Made by a program: the position numbers and the translations under genes
Notes under the pieces: model-generated
What the model was told of the DNA's origin: nothing
Seen by the model: only the letters and a program-made list of their open reading frames with translations
The model's database searches: none
Assembly: GCA_902524895.1 (NCBI GenBank)
Contig: CABZFH010000002.1
Location: 140,976 to 204,975, forward strand
DNA: 64,000 bases
Reading direction: 5' to 3'
Source: an uncultured Alphaproteobacteria bacterium
GTDB lineage: Bacteria > Pseudomonadota > Alphaproteobacteria > Methylaequorales > Methylaequoraceae
Shown here: positions 19,642 through 30,037 of the stretch, one piece after another
How the letters are laid out: each line of letters starts with the position of its first letter
How positions within the stretch are numbered: the first letter of the stretch is position 1

Positions 19642-20001
19642 TTAATTTTTTAATAGAACGTCTAACATATTTGACTTTTTAACGTTTTTAGATGGAAAGA
19701 ACTCTAATAACATACTCAAAATTAAAATTATTAAAATGATTTCATTATAAAATCTGTACTTTAATAAAATAAGTGTACCAAATCCAATAATAAAAATATT
19801 TGAAAGATGGTTTAAATTGAAAATGTTAAAAAAAAATAATTTAATATTGTATTTGTACATCTGAAAAATAAGTAATGCTAAACAAAAAATTAAAAATATA
19901 AAAAATAAAAAAAAATTGTAAAATGCAAAACCAACTATTAAACTTAAAAAAAAAAAAAGTTTTGTATTTAGTTGTTCAATCATATAACTCTTTATATTCA
20001 C
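19642..20001 (-). CDS. Small hypothetical membrane protein
   Basis: 119-aa hydrophobic ORF exactly filling the gap between the GT and fcl. Confidence 0.5.
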   Translation of the reverse strand: MNIKSYMIEQLNTKLFFFLSLIVGFAFYNFFLFFIFLIFCLALLIFQMYKYNIKLFFFNIFNLNHLSNIFIIGFGTLILLKYRFYNEIILIILILSMLLEFFPSKNVKKSNMLDVLLKN

Positions 20002-21127
20002 TCAAATAAGATTCTCTTGATATTTCTTTAATGTAAAAAGATGCTATTGTTTTTCTATCAAAGTTGGGTTTGAAAAGTATATTAAACTTGTCTATTTCTA
20101 TAATATTTTTTATGTTTTCTCTACTATATTTAAAATAATCTCTGACACTTGAAGTGGTTATTACCTTTAAACCTGACATACAATACTCAGCAAATTTTGT
20201 AGGGCTAGCGGCAAAATTAGTTGAATCATTATTTCTTATTAAAATTCCGAAGTCAGCTGCATTTAGATAATTATTGACCTGCTCATATAATACAGATTTG
20301 ATAATAATATTTTTTTCTTTTCCAACTAATTTTTTTGCCTCTTTTATATTTTGTGTCAAAATAATCAACAATGTATTATTGTGAATGGAGTACTGTTTTT
20401 TAAAAAAATCTATTGTCTTGTTGAAATTCTGATAACGTTTTAAGCTGCCAGAATAAACAAATACTATTGTCTTTTCTTTAATCTTTAATTCATTTCTATA
20501 TTTTTTTCTTAAATTTTTTGAATAATAAAAAAGATTTTTACTTGCCGTACTTGGAATAACAAAAATTTTTTTTTTGTGAGTTTTAATATTAAAATCGAGG
20601 TATTTTTTTTTAAGATGATTAGACACAAAAATTATTTTTTTAGAAATTTTTCCTGCCATTTTGAATCTATGGTTAAGATAGATTTTCTTTAGATGTTTTA
20701 ATAAAGGAAGTTTTTCGTAATCTACTTCTGCTGAAGAGTCACCTCTGCAGTCCCATATTAATTTTAAATTAAGTTGTTTTGTCAAATTTTTGCATAAAAT
20801 AGCACAATAATCAGTCCTAGCGTGAATATAATCGAATTTTTCATTTATTTTTATAATTTTTTTAAATAGTCTTTCTTGATTTTTAAAGTTTAAGAATAAA
20901 AGTGCTGGTCTAAATATTTTTAAAAAGTGAACCTTACAATTAATTTTATGTTTAATATTTCTCAAAAATTCTCTTGATTTTGACAATTCTTCTATTGACC
21001 AATAGCAAAATACTATTGTAAATTTTGCTATTTTATTTTTTTGAATCAATTCTATATGAGAAAGAACTTGTGATTGAATTACTCCAATAGAAAAATTTTC
21101 ACTGAGTATAAAGAGAATTTTCTTCAA
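19976..21127 (-). CDS. GT-B (GT4-like) glycosyltransferase
   Basis: WDCRG, FVYSGSL..YQ, YLNAADFGIL.R, ASPTKFAEY..SGL. Confidence 0.82.
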   Translation of the reverse strand: MKKILFILSENFSIGVIQSQVLSHIELIQKNKIAKFTIVFCYWSIEELSKSREFLRNIKHKINCKVHFLKIFRPALLFLNFKNQERLFKKIIKINEKFDYIHARTDYCAILCKNLTKQLNLKLIWDCRGDSSAEVDYEKLPLLKHLKKIYLNHRFKMAGKISKKIIFVSNHLKKKYLDFNIKTHKKKIFVIPSTASKNLFYYSKNLRKKYRNELKIKEKTIVFVYSGSLKRYQNFNKTIDFFKKQYSIHNNTLLIILTQNIKEAKKLVGKEKNIIIKSVLYEQVNNYLNAADFGILIRNNDSTNFAASPTKFAEYCMSGLKVITTSSVRDYFKYSRENIKNIIEIDKFNILFKPNFDRKTIASFYIKEISRESYLSEYKELYD

Positions 21128-23166
21128 AATCTTAGTTTATTTTTATTTATCATATTTATTTTACTTAACACTCCATAACTTGAACTTATCTTTAAATTAT
21201 GTTCAAGAGAAGAATAGTTAATTAATGTATCGTTTACACAAAAATCTTTAATTAATAAACCTTCATTCTTAATTTCTAAATATCTGTAAATAATAATATC
21301 TTGCATTTTAAGGCTACCTAAAAATATGTTTTTATTAATATATTCACACTTCCCATCATAGGATTCGAAAAAATAAAATGGATTTTTTATAATTTTTTGG
21401 TTTAACATCCCTGAGGTCCTCGGAACAAAATGAGCATTATAACCACGATAAAGAAACCTTAACTTTAAATCATCAGTATAACAAAAACTTCCTGGATCTG
21501 TAATTATTGCTTCCTTGTTTATCACTAAATCAATTGATAAATTATCATCATGGTTATGTCCAGAATTGAAAAAATTAATTTTTTTTTTACATATAATGAA
21601 TAAAGAGATGTCTTTACTTGTAAAACAATAAAGGCCAAATTTATCAAATATATCTTGTTCAATTTCGTCAATATTTATATTTTTGTTAAATTTAATAAAG
21701 AAGTTATTTTTGTTAGCTTTTGGTAAATCATTAAACATTTTCTCAAAATTTTTAAACTTATGTTTAGAAAATAAATACTTGGTTATTTTATTTTTTGTTA
21801 TTTGTAGATGTTTTTTATTTATAAGGGAAAAAAAAAGATTTGAGTTATTCTCAATAGATAAATTTTTATGTAGATATTTTTTCTCGCCAAAAAAATTTAC
21901 ATAATCAAAGGGAAAAAAACAGCCAGAATCATTGTCTCCTACTTGAAGTAAGGTTTCATTATTTCTTATACATTTTGATGAAAAATAGTTAATTTTTTTA
22001 AGTTTACGAAAAATTTTTTTCTCATATTTTTTATCAACTTTTTTTGAATACTTTGTTATACTGCTAAATTTATTAAAAAAGCTAAATAATGAAACATAGT
22101 TTAAGTTTTTTTCATAATTTTCAATTTTTGAATAAAAATGTAATCCAATTAAAATCATTTCGTTAGAAAATATATGATAAGCTGTTGAACCTTCTTTATT
22201 TCCTCCGTCCTCATAAAATTGATTATCTATTTCATTTAATAATTGGTTACATGCAAAAGCCAAAATTTTTTGATTTAAGTCTGACCGGGGTAAAAAATAA
22301 CTCATAATAATCAAACCAACGATATTAGCTAAGTAATGATTTGATGTATTTAAGTATGACCATTCAAGATTATTTTTAACAAAATATATATGATCCTGAA
22401 TACTATTTAATAATATTCTTTTTTCTTCTATTTCTAAAATATACTCCGATTCTAAAATGTCTGCAATAACACATAAATTTGCTCCACGAATAGCTACTTC
22501 CATTGGACTTTTCCAATTAACACCGAATCCGGGAGGATTTGAAACTATAAAATCAAAGATATGATTTTTTAAAATAGCAAAACTGGTTTTGTTTTTATTT
22601 TTGTTTTTTTGTTTTTTTATTTTTAATGCAGAAACATTTAAATGTTGGAGTCTGGAAATTTCCCATGGGAACTTAACATCTTTTTTTTTATTAAAGTTAA
22701 TATTTATAAATAATGAGTTTTTTTTGTAAGACCAGTAGTAACTATTTTTGGGATCATAATTCCACTTCACAAATTTAATATTTGAGATAGAGTTCGAATC
22801 ATTAAAACTTTTTCTATAAATATTTCGACAATATTTTTTATTGGAAAAATTAATATTTTTTTCTATCCACAATTCTTTATTTTCGATATGAAAAAATTTA
22901 TCAATATTAACTCCAAGAATTTGAAAATTATTAAAAAGATTTTTTAAATCGGTATTTTCTTCAATTTTTTTATCTTGGTCATAATCAAAAAGTTTGTTGG
23001 TTTTATCAATGTCGATAACATCTTGGGAGTAAGTGCATTTAAAAAAATATAGGATACTATTTAAAAAATTTTTTATTCTTATTGCTAGAGATTTGATAAT
23101 AAAATCGCTTAACCCTAAAAAGCCATATTTTCCGTATACGAACCTAATTATTTTTATATAAAACAT
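21124..23166 (-). CDS. Heparinase II/III-family protein
   Basis: DVKFPWEISRLQH, GVNW..MEVAIR, SNHYLAN, EGSTAYH, GDNDSG, GHNHDD, DPGSFCY. Confidence 0.85.
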   Translation of the reverse strand: MFYIKIIRFVYGKYGFLGLSDFIIKSLAIRIKNFLNSILYFFKCTYSQDVIDIDKTNKLFDYDQDKKIEENTDLKNLFNNFQILGVNIDKFFHIENKELWIEKNINFSNKKYCRNIYRKSFNDSNSISNIKFVKWNYDPKNSYYWSYKKNSLFININFNKKKDVKFPWEISRLQHLNVSALKIKKQKNKNKNKTSFAILKNHIFDFIVSNPPGFGVNWKSPMEVAIRGANLCVIADILESEYILEIEEKRILLNSIQDHIYFVKNNLEWSYLNTSNHYLANIVGLIIMSYFLPRSDLNQKILAFACNQLLNEIDNQFYEDGGNKEGSTAYHIFSNEMILIGLHFYSKIENYEKNLNYVSLFSFFNKFSSITKYSKKVDKKYEKKIFRKLKKINYFSSKCIRNNETLLQVGDNDSGCFFPFDYVNFFGEKKYLHKNLSIENNSNLFFSLINKKHLQITKNKITKYLFSKHKFKNFEKMFNDLPKANKNNFFIKFNKNINIDEIEQDIFDKFGLYCFTSKDISLFIICKKKINFFNSGHNHDDNLSIDLVINKEAIITDPGSFCYTDDLKLRFLYRGYNAHFVPRTSGMLNQKIIKNPFYFFESYDGKCEYINKNIFLGSLKMQDIIIYRYLEIKNEGLLIKDFCVNDTLINYSSLEHNLKISSSYGVLSKINMINKNKLRF

Positions 23167-23901
23167 TGTTAATTTTATTTAATTTAAAAATCCATATTGC
23201 CGAAAGTTGTAAAGGTAAGTATTCAGGAATTTTTTCGTTGAGTTTTCTCATAAATTCTAGTTTTAAAAAAGTACAGCCTGAAGCATCTGCTCCCATTAAT
23301 AATCCATTCTTAATAAATTTTGAATTTAATGTACTATACTTAACTAATCTTTTAAATTTTCTTAAAGTAAAGTATTGTATATGACCTGGTTCATAATTAA
23401 ATTGTATTTTTTCGATCTAATTTTTTTATCAAACAAGTTATACAAAAACCTTAAAGATTTATATATGCTAAATTTATGAATTATAAATTTTTCAATTTCT
23501 GTTAGACCACTCCCATTAATTATAGGTCCGAGTATGATTCCATTGGTAATAAATAAACTATACAAAAACTTCAAGGTTTCTTTAGGAAAGGTTAAATGTT
23601 CTAAAGCTTCAGAAATCAGTATCACCTTATTTTTTTTATTATATGATTTTATCGAAAAAAATACATTTTTGTAATTTAAAACTTTTTTGGCATAATTAAC
23701 TGAAGGTTGATGAATATCAAAACCAGTGTATTTTTATTGCTCGTTAAATGAAAATTTCGAAATCGTTTGTATTTTCACAACATAAATCAAGAATGGATAA
23801 TCTTTTTACTTTTTTTAATTTATTTTCTATTTCTTTCCTAAAAATATAAATTTTTTTTTGGTAGCATAATAATCTTCAATCGGATTATATTTGTAATTCA
23901 T
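23144..23901 (-). pseudogene. Decayed class I SAM-dependent methyltransferase
   Basis: ATG at 23901 (MNYKYNPIEDYY), then frameshifted fragments ILDLCC, TGFDIHQPSVNYAK, SEALEHL, PGHIQYFT; several indels and a degenerate motif I. Confidence 0.75.
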
Positions 23902-23918
23902 AGATTTAATTTGTAATA

Positions 23919-24866
23919 ATGATGAAAAATATTTTAAAGTCTTTTATTCCTCCATTTTTGCAAAATATCCTTTTTAGAATACTTTTAATTTTTGTAAAAC
24001 TTTTTTCAAAATATACATCATCTCAAAAATTTTGGAATAAAAATATTGTTGATTCGCCAAGCAATGGTTTTAAAAATATTGAAAGTTCGCTTAGCCATTT
24101 AGAATGGCGAAATAATCAGTATATTGATTCAATTCATCAAATGAAAATGAATCAACTGAATAACAAAATAGTTTTAGATTATGGTTGTGGACCTGGTAAT
24201 GACATTATAAATATCAATCAATTAAGTAAACCAAAACAGTTAATTGCTGTAGATGTTTCAGAAAATGCAATAAGGTTAGCAAAAAAAAGAGTTGAACTTC
24301 ACCAGCTAAAAGTCACTTTTTTGAAAATTAATGAAAAAGAAAGAATAAATGATATTGAGGAAGAAAGTATTGATATAATTCAAAGTAACGGGGTATTACA
24401 CCATATCGAAGATATAGAATTTATTTTTACAGAGTTTTCAAGGATATTAAAAAATAGCGGTAAAATAAGAGTTATGGTCTACAATAGAGATTCAATATGG
24501 TTTCATCTTCATGTTGCTTTTGAAATGAAAATTAAAAAAAATATATGGCCAAATTCCTCGTTAGAAGATTTATTTTCAAAAACGACTGACGGTTTTGATT
24601 GTCCGATTTCAAAATGTTATAAACCAAAGAATTTTATAAAAATTTGTAAACAAAATAAATTTAATGCTAACCTAGTTGGTGTAAGTATTTCCTTATTTGA
24701 AATGTCAAAAATAGCTTTAATGTGGGAAGCACAAAAATCGAAATTACTTAATTCTGAGTCAGTAAATTTTTTAAAAAAAATAGAATTTGATAATAGGGGA
24801 ATCCCCTACTACAACAAAAATGTTGCTGGTATAAACTCTTACTTTGAATTAACTAAAGAAAGATAA
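23919..24866 (+). CDS. Class I SAM-dependent methyltransferase (only plus-strand gene in the island)
   Basis: VLDYGCGPG, AVDVS, SNGVLHH, MVYNRDS. Confidence 0.88.
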   Translation: MMKNILKSFIPPFLQNILFRILLIFVKLFSKYTSSQKFWNKNIVDSPSNGFKNIESSLSHLEWRNNQYIDSIHQMKMNQLNNKIVLDYGCGPGNDIININQLSKPKQLIAVDVSENAIRLAKKRVELHQLKVTFLKINEKERINDIEEESIDIIQSNGVLHHIEDIEFIFTEFSRILKNSGKIRVMVYNRDSIWFHLHVAFEMKIKKNIWPNSSLEDLFSKTTDGFDCPISKCYKPKNFIKICKQNKFNANLVGVSISLFEMSKIALMWEAQKSKLLNSESVNFLKKIEFDNRGIPYYNKNVAGINSYFELTKER

Positions 24867-26761
24867 GTTTTTTTTTTTATATAAATTTCCCACCAAATGG
24901 CTAAATTTAATAAAAACCAAATTCTTGTATCATTTTTTCTTTTCAACAAAATTTTTCTAATCTCATTTTCATCAAAATAGTCAGTTTCACGAACAAAATT
25001 CATAACAGTTTTAACTTCATTGATACCAAGTCCATCCGAGAACCAATCTTTTAATGGCAAACCAAAACCTTGTTTTTTTCTGTTGATAATTGATTCTGGA
25101 ATTAAACCTTTAACACATTGCTTTAATATATATTTTAGATTTTTATTCTTAAATTTAATTTCCTTTGGTATGTCGATCACCTTTGCTATTAAAATATGAT
25201 CTAAGAATGGAACTCTTGCTTCAAGGCCACAGGCCATTGACATTTTATCTATTCTCATAAGTAAAAGCTCTGGCAATCTCAATTTAAGATCTATATAGGT
25301 CATCCAGTTTTCTAAATTATTATATTTTGCTTTTTTATTAAAACGTTTAAAATAAGGCTCTATTACTTCCCAAGAGCTCCTGTGATTAAATTTTTTTTTC
25401 ATTTGATTAGATAAAATTCTTTTTTTTTCTGCCTCAGAAAATGCCTCTGCTCCACTCCAAAATATCGGTAAATTATTTAAAGATCGATCTAATAAATCAT
25501 ATGAATATTTGTGGTCAAATTTGAAAAAAATCATTAAGATTTTCAATATTTTTTTTAAAGGTTTAAGAAATAATATATTTTTTAAAACTTTGTTTATCTT
25601 TATTGTTCTTGCCCAGTTTGAATAACCAAAGAATAACTCATCAGCTCCTTCACCTACTTGACAAACCTTAACGTTTTTACTTACGGCTAATTGCGAAACA
25701 TAAAAGATAGGAAAACAGACCGGATCAGAAATTGGTTCATCTTGATGAAAAATCATTTTTTCTATAATTTCAATAAAATGTTTCTTATTGAGTTTTTTTT
25801 CATAATGTTTAGAATTGATACTTCGTGATGCTAATTTTGCATACTGCAACTCAGATTTGTATGATTTATAATTTTTGTCATAGCCGATTGAGAATGTTTT
25901 AATTCTTTTCTTTGTTAATTTTGAAAATAAAGTTGCATTTGTCGAAGAATCTATACCACCTGATAAAAAAACTCCGACATCAACATCAGAAACTGTTCTA
26001 AGTTTAACAGCATTCTTTAACTCCTTATAAATTTTTTCTTTAAAAATTAATTCATCACCAATAAAATTTTCCTTATTTTCAATTGGATCCCAATATTTTT
26101 TTTTTGTTAGATTACCATTTTCATCAATTAGTAACCATGATCCTGCTTCTATTTTTTTAATATTTTTAAACATTGTATTTGGCGCAGGGGTACATAAGAA
26201 TGATAAATAGTGAAATAAACTTTCTTCATCAATTTCAGGTTTGTATGATTTGTCTAATAAAATAGATTTTATTTCAGAAGCAAATATAAAACTTTCATCG
26301 TTTTTTTTAAAATACAATGGTTTTATGCCAATTCTATCTCTTACTAACCACAGCTTCTTATCGATATTATCCCAAATTGCAAAAGCAAACATACCTCTTA
26401 AATAACTTAAACAATCTGTTTTCCATTCTTTATATGCAAATAATAAGACTTCTGTATCAGAATTAGTTGTATCAAATTTATACCCTTTTTTTTCTAAAAT
26501 AATTCTTATCTCTTTAAAGTTATAAATTTCTCCATTAAATGTTAGTACATAATCAGTATTAAGGAATGGTTGGTTAGCTTTTTTTGAAACATCTAATATA
26601 GAAAGTCTAGTATGTGAGAGTCCTATTTTTTTATTTTTCGAAATCCATATCCCACTAGCATCTGGTCCTCGATGTTTTTGAAATTTATTAATTTTCAACA
26701 AAAAGTCTTTTTCGATAAAATTTTCTTTCTTGAATTCGATTTTTCCCCCAATTCCACACAT
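24839..26761 (-). CDS. asnB: AsnB-family glutamine amidotransferase (glycan amidation)
   Basis: MCGI, HRGPD, RLSILD, FNGEIYN, FLSGGIDSS, GEGADELF, RVPFLD. Confidence 0.92.
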   Translation of the reverse strand: MCGIGGKIEFKKENFIEKDFLLKINKFQKHRGPDASGIWISKNKKIGLSHTRLSILDVSKKANQPFLNTDYVLTFNGEIYNFKEIRIILEKKGYKFDTTNSDTEVLLFAYKEWKTDCLSYLRGMFAFAIWDNIDKKLWLVRDRIGIKPLYFKKNDESFIFASEIKSILLDKSYKPEIDEESLFHYLSFLCTPAPNTMFKNIKKIEAGSWLLIDENGNLTKKKYWDPIENKENFIGDELIFKEKIYKELKNAVKLRTVSDVDVGVFLSGGIDSSTNATLFSKLTKKRIKTFSIGYDKNYKSYKSELQYAKLASRSINSKHYEKKLNKKHFIEIIEKMIFHQDEPISDPVCFPIFYVSQLAVSKNVKVCQVGEGADELFFGYSNWARTIKINKVLKNILFLKPLKKILKILMIFFKFDHKYSYDLLDRSLNNLPIFWSGAEAFSEAEKKRILSNQMKKKFNHRSSWEVIEPYFKRFNKKAKYNNLENWMTYIDLKLRLPELLLMRIDKMSMACGLEARVPFLDHILIAKVIDIPKEIKFKNKNLKYILKQCVKGLIPESIINRKKQGFGLPLKDWFSDGLGINEVKTVMNFVRETDYFDENEIRKILLKRKNDTRIWFLLNLAIWWEIYIKKKTYLSLVNSK

Positions 26762-28878
26762 TATAATAATTCCTCAATTTTAAAAGTTAAATCCATAGAT
26801 TTAATTATTGAATCAAAAGATACATCTTTATTTCCGTGCAAAATAGTATCTAAAAATTTTTTTATAAGAATATCATGACCTTTATTGCTGTATGTAGACG
26901 ACATCAACTCCTTTCTACCATTTTTGGTTGTTAACATTGCACTTTTAAAATCAACAATTTCAAGAGTTTCATGAGATCCTTGAATTTTAATAAATTCTTT
27001 TTTCTTCTCCCCCCCTCCCATAACCGTGTAATTTAGTTTTGCCAAAGAACTATCCTTAAACTCAATTATTACAAAAAAATTATCAGTTTTATGAAATTTC
27101 ACTTTTTCAAAGTTAAGTGATGAAACGTTAATATTTTTTATTTGTTTATCTATTAAAAATAAAAATAAGTCATAAAAGTGACAAGCCTCTCCAATATTTC
27201 TTCCCCCACCTTCTTTTTTGTAAATCCATGAATTATTATCTAATACTTCAGTATTTACATCGTAATTAACTACAACAGGACCGTCTTGCTTATTTACAAA
27301 ATCTCTCATAATTTTTGCATAATTTGAAAATCTCCGATTAAATCCAGAAAAAAAAATTAATTCTTTTTTTTTATTTAAGAGTTTTTGAATTTCATCAAGT
27401 TCATATTTTTTAAGACAAATAGGTTTTTCAACAAAAATATTTTTGTTCTTTTTAATTGCTTTCATTAATATTTCAAAATGAAGATCATGTCTTGTTGTTA
27501 TAAAAACTGTATCAACTTTTTGATCGTTTAAGATATCCAAATAATTAGTTGAAATATTTTTAATATTAAAATTTTTAGAAAGGTTTATTGCTGATAACGA
27601 AGTCTTTGTACATAAGTATTGTAAATTACAAAATTTTTTATATTTTAAAATATTTGGAATAATAACCTCACTTGCAAAGTTACCAGCTCCAATTACTGCA
27701 CAATTAATAATTTTTTTATCATTTTTTATTTTCTGTTTTATAATTGTCTGAGTTAATCTTTTGGTTATTTTTTTATATGTAAATACAGCCGATAATGGTC
27801 TTTTTTCAGTCTTAAGAAGTTGGTACAGTTCTTTTGCCTTTTGAATGGGCTGTGAAAATTGAACAAGATTCTTTAAATTAATCTGTTTATTTTCAATCAT
27901 TTTTACATATGCACGCATATTCCTATTCATAGTCCATCTTACAAAACCAATTGGGTAATCGATGCCTGATAACTCGTAATCTGAATCATATCTTCCTGGC
28001 CCATAGGAAGTTGAAATTTTAAAATCTATTTCTTTTTTATATATATCCTCTCTATCAATTGATAAGCCCACATCACCAACTAAGATAACTCTTGATCTTT
28101 TTCTACATAATTGGAAGGTTTCTTTAAGGATTAAGCTTGATTTATTTGAAGCTGTAATAATTGCTCCATCAAAACCGATGTTTCTAATTTCATTTGAAAC
28201 TGATTTTTTCAATGACTTGAAATTGTTGTATATATTTTCAAATCCATTTTCTTTCGCTTTTTTTAGATAATCTAAATTAGGTTCAATTGCGTAAACATCA
28301 ACTCCACAGTTTCTTAATATTTGAATTGTTATTTGTCCAATTAAACCCAAGCCGACCACAAGAAAAGATTCGCCAATCGTTGGATTTGATCTGCGTACAC
28401 CATTTAATGCAATTGCTCCAATTGACACAGTAGAACAGTGAAAAAGATGATCTTTTTTATTAACTTTTACAAGTAAATTTTTGGGAACAATAATTTTTTC
28501 TGCGTGGGATGCAATCCCTCCTCCACTGCATGCAACGAAATCTCCTTTTTTAATATTGTTTATATTTTCTCCAACCTCTAGAACTTCACCAGAGGATGAA
28601 TATCCAATTTCGTAAAGTTGATTTAATTTTTTGTCAACAAGTCTTTTGGTTTTATTAAAGCCAACATCTGAAATAACATTTAAAAACTTTTTAAGTACTT
28701 CTGGTTTATCTATTACTTTCTTTAGTAATGTTTTGTTGATTGATAATAAACTATTTAGTTCGGTTCCAATAGAAACACAAGAAAAACTATTAGAAACTAA
28801 AACTGTATTCTCAGAAATTTTCGGATCTGGAACTTCTTCAACTGCAATGCCATTTTTTGAAAGAAAAACTTGCTTCAT
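26761..28878 (-). CDS. Bi-domain oxidoreductase (MDR alcohol-dehydrogenase-like plus Gfo/Idh/MocA)
   Basis: VSIGTE, GYSSSG, GLGLIGQ, SYGPGRYD; second domain IGAGNFA, TRHDLH, FVEKP, GFNRRF, GEACHF. Confidence 0.88.
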   Translation of the reverse strand: MKQVFLSKNGIAVEEVPDPKISENTVLVSNSFSCVSIGTELNSLLSINKTLLKKVIDKPEVLKKFLNVISDVGFNKTKRLVDKKLNQLYEIGYSSSGEVLEVGENINNIKKGDFVACSGGGIASHAEKIIVPKNLLVKVNKKDHLFHCSTVSIGAIALNGVRRSNPTIGESFLVVGLGLIGQITIQILRNCGVDVYAIEPNLDYLKKAKENGFENIYNNFKSLKKSVSNEIRNIGFDGAIITASNKSSLILKETFQLCRKRSRVILVGDVGLSIDREDIYKKEIDFKISTSYGPGRYDSDYELSGIDYPIGFVRWTMNRNMRAYVKMIENKQINLKNLVQFSQPIQKAKELYQLLKTEKRPLSAVFTYKKITKRLTQTIIKQKIKNDKKIINCAVIGAGNFASEVIIPNILKYKKFCNLQYLCTKTSLSAINLSKNFNIKNISTNYLDILNDQKVDTVFITTRHDLHFEILMKAIKKNKNIFVEKPICLKKYELDEIQKLLNKKKELIFFSGFNRRFSNYAKIMRDFVNKQDGPVVVNYDVNTEVLDNNSWIYKKEGGGRNIGEACHFYDLFLFLIDKQIKNINVSSLNFEKVKFHKTDNFFVIIEFKDSSLAKLNYTVMGGGEKKKEFIKIQGSHETLEIVDFKSAMLTTKNGRKELMSSTYSNKGHDILIKKFLDTILHGNKDVSFDSIIKSMDLTFKIEELL

Positions 28879-28926
28879 ATTTTCATACCATTTTTAAAAA
28901 GAAAAACTTGCTTCATATTTTCATAC
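28851..28926. repeat. 38-bp tandem duplication spanning the oxidoreductase start codon
   Basis: cattttttgaaagaaaaacttgcttcatattttcatac (28851-28888) and catttttaaaaagaaaaacttgcttcatattttcatac (28889-28926); 29-bp exact core. Confidence 0.9.
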
Positions 28927-28929
28927 AAT

Positions 28930-30037
28930 TTTCACAAAGAATATTTAAAAAACTTTATAAATTGATTCTTTAATTTTAGATTAATCATTTTCATTACAAA
29001 CAAATGCCCAATTTTTTTTCTAGCTGCTGAAATAAAAAAACTTCAGCTAGACTTAAAATAAAAATTGGAATAACAGATATTAAATATAAAGGCATTTTAG
29101 CTGACCAACTATATTTATAATAATTTATAGAATTCGTATCAAAATTTGAAGCCAAAATCAAAAGATTAGATTTACTGAACAATGAAAAAAAATCATCATC
29201 ACCAAATTTGTTTGATTTAAAAATTATGCAAAATGTTTTGGGAATTTTTGCCTACATGCTTTTAATTGACTCTCAGGTAAAAATATTTCGAATTTGACAT
29301 CTATATTTTGTCTATATTAAGCAATGACTGCATGTGAATTTTTACCAATGAATATATTTGAGTACTTTTATAAACTGAACTTATATATGTAACTATTTTT
29401 TTCTTATTAAAATTACTAATTTTTTTTAACAAGAGAATTATAAATAACTTTAAACGCTTTATTAAATTTTTAAGGTAAACTTGTGACATTTTATGTTTAA
29501 TTGCAATCCTTGTTAATGTAACTTTAATGCAGTATTTTAAAAGTTTTTCATTTTCTTTTTCATTTAGCAAAGTATCGCTAACCCAATTATCCATAAAATG
29601 AATTACTAATCGATAACCAAGACACTGATGAACATTTTTTAATATTATACGTCAATTCTCTGCTCCTAAAAATGGTTTCTCTGCTCCTAAAAATGGTATA
29701 GATAATATCTGGATTAAACTCTTTAATAGATTCTTTATAAAAAAATTAATTTCAACAGAATTATTAATTTAATTTTTCTTTACAAAAAATAATATAGATT
29801 TTAAAAAGTCTTTAAATTTATTTGGAATAAATTTAACCAACCATATTCAAAAGTTTATTTCTATTTTTTAAGCATTTTAACAAACCAAAATTTTTGCCAT
29901 CAAACATTGTATTCTCATGTGTAATTACAGTTTGCTTCTTTGGGGGATCCATCAAAAAAATTTTTAAATAAAGGGCCACCTCAAGAATTTGAATTAAAAC
30001 TAAATTCACTTAGAATAAATACCTTTGGAAATCGCAT
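28930..30037 (-). pseudogene. Decayed GT-B glycosyltransferase
   Basis: MRFPKVFILSEFSFNSNS*GGPLFKN (TGA in a probable GGG motif), HFMDNW, LLILASNFD..SINYYKYSWSAKMP.YL; several stops and frameshifts. Confidence 0.75.
29656..29697. repeat. Perfect 21-bp tandem duplication inside the GT pseudogene
   Basis: ttctctgctcctaaaaatggt twice (29656-29676, 29677-29697). Confidence 0.92.

Noticed and set aside
28851-29697. Short direct repeats as a CRISPR array
   Set aside because: Only two adjacent copies of each, no spacers and no cas genes
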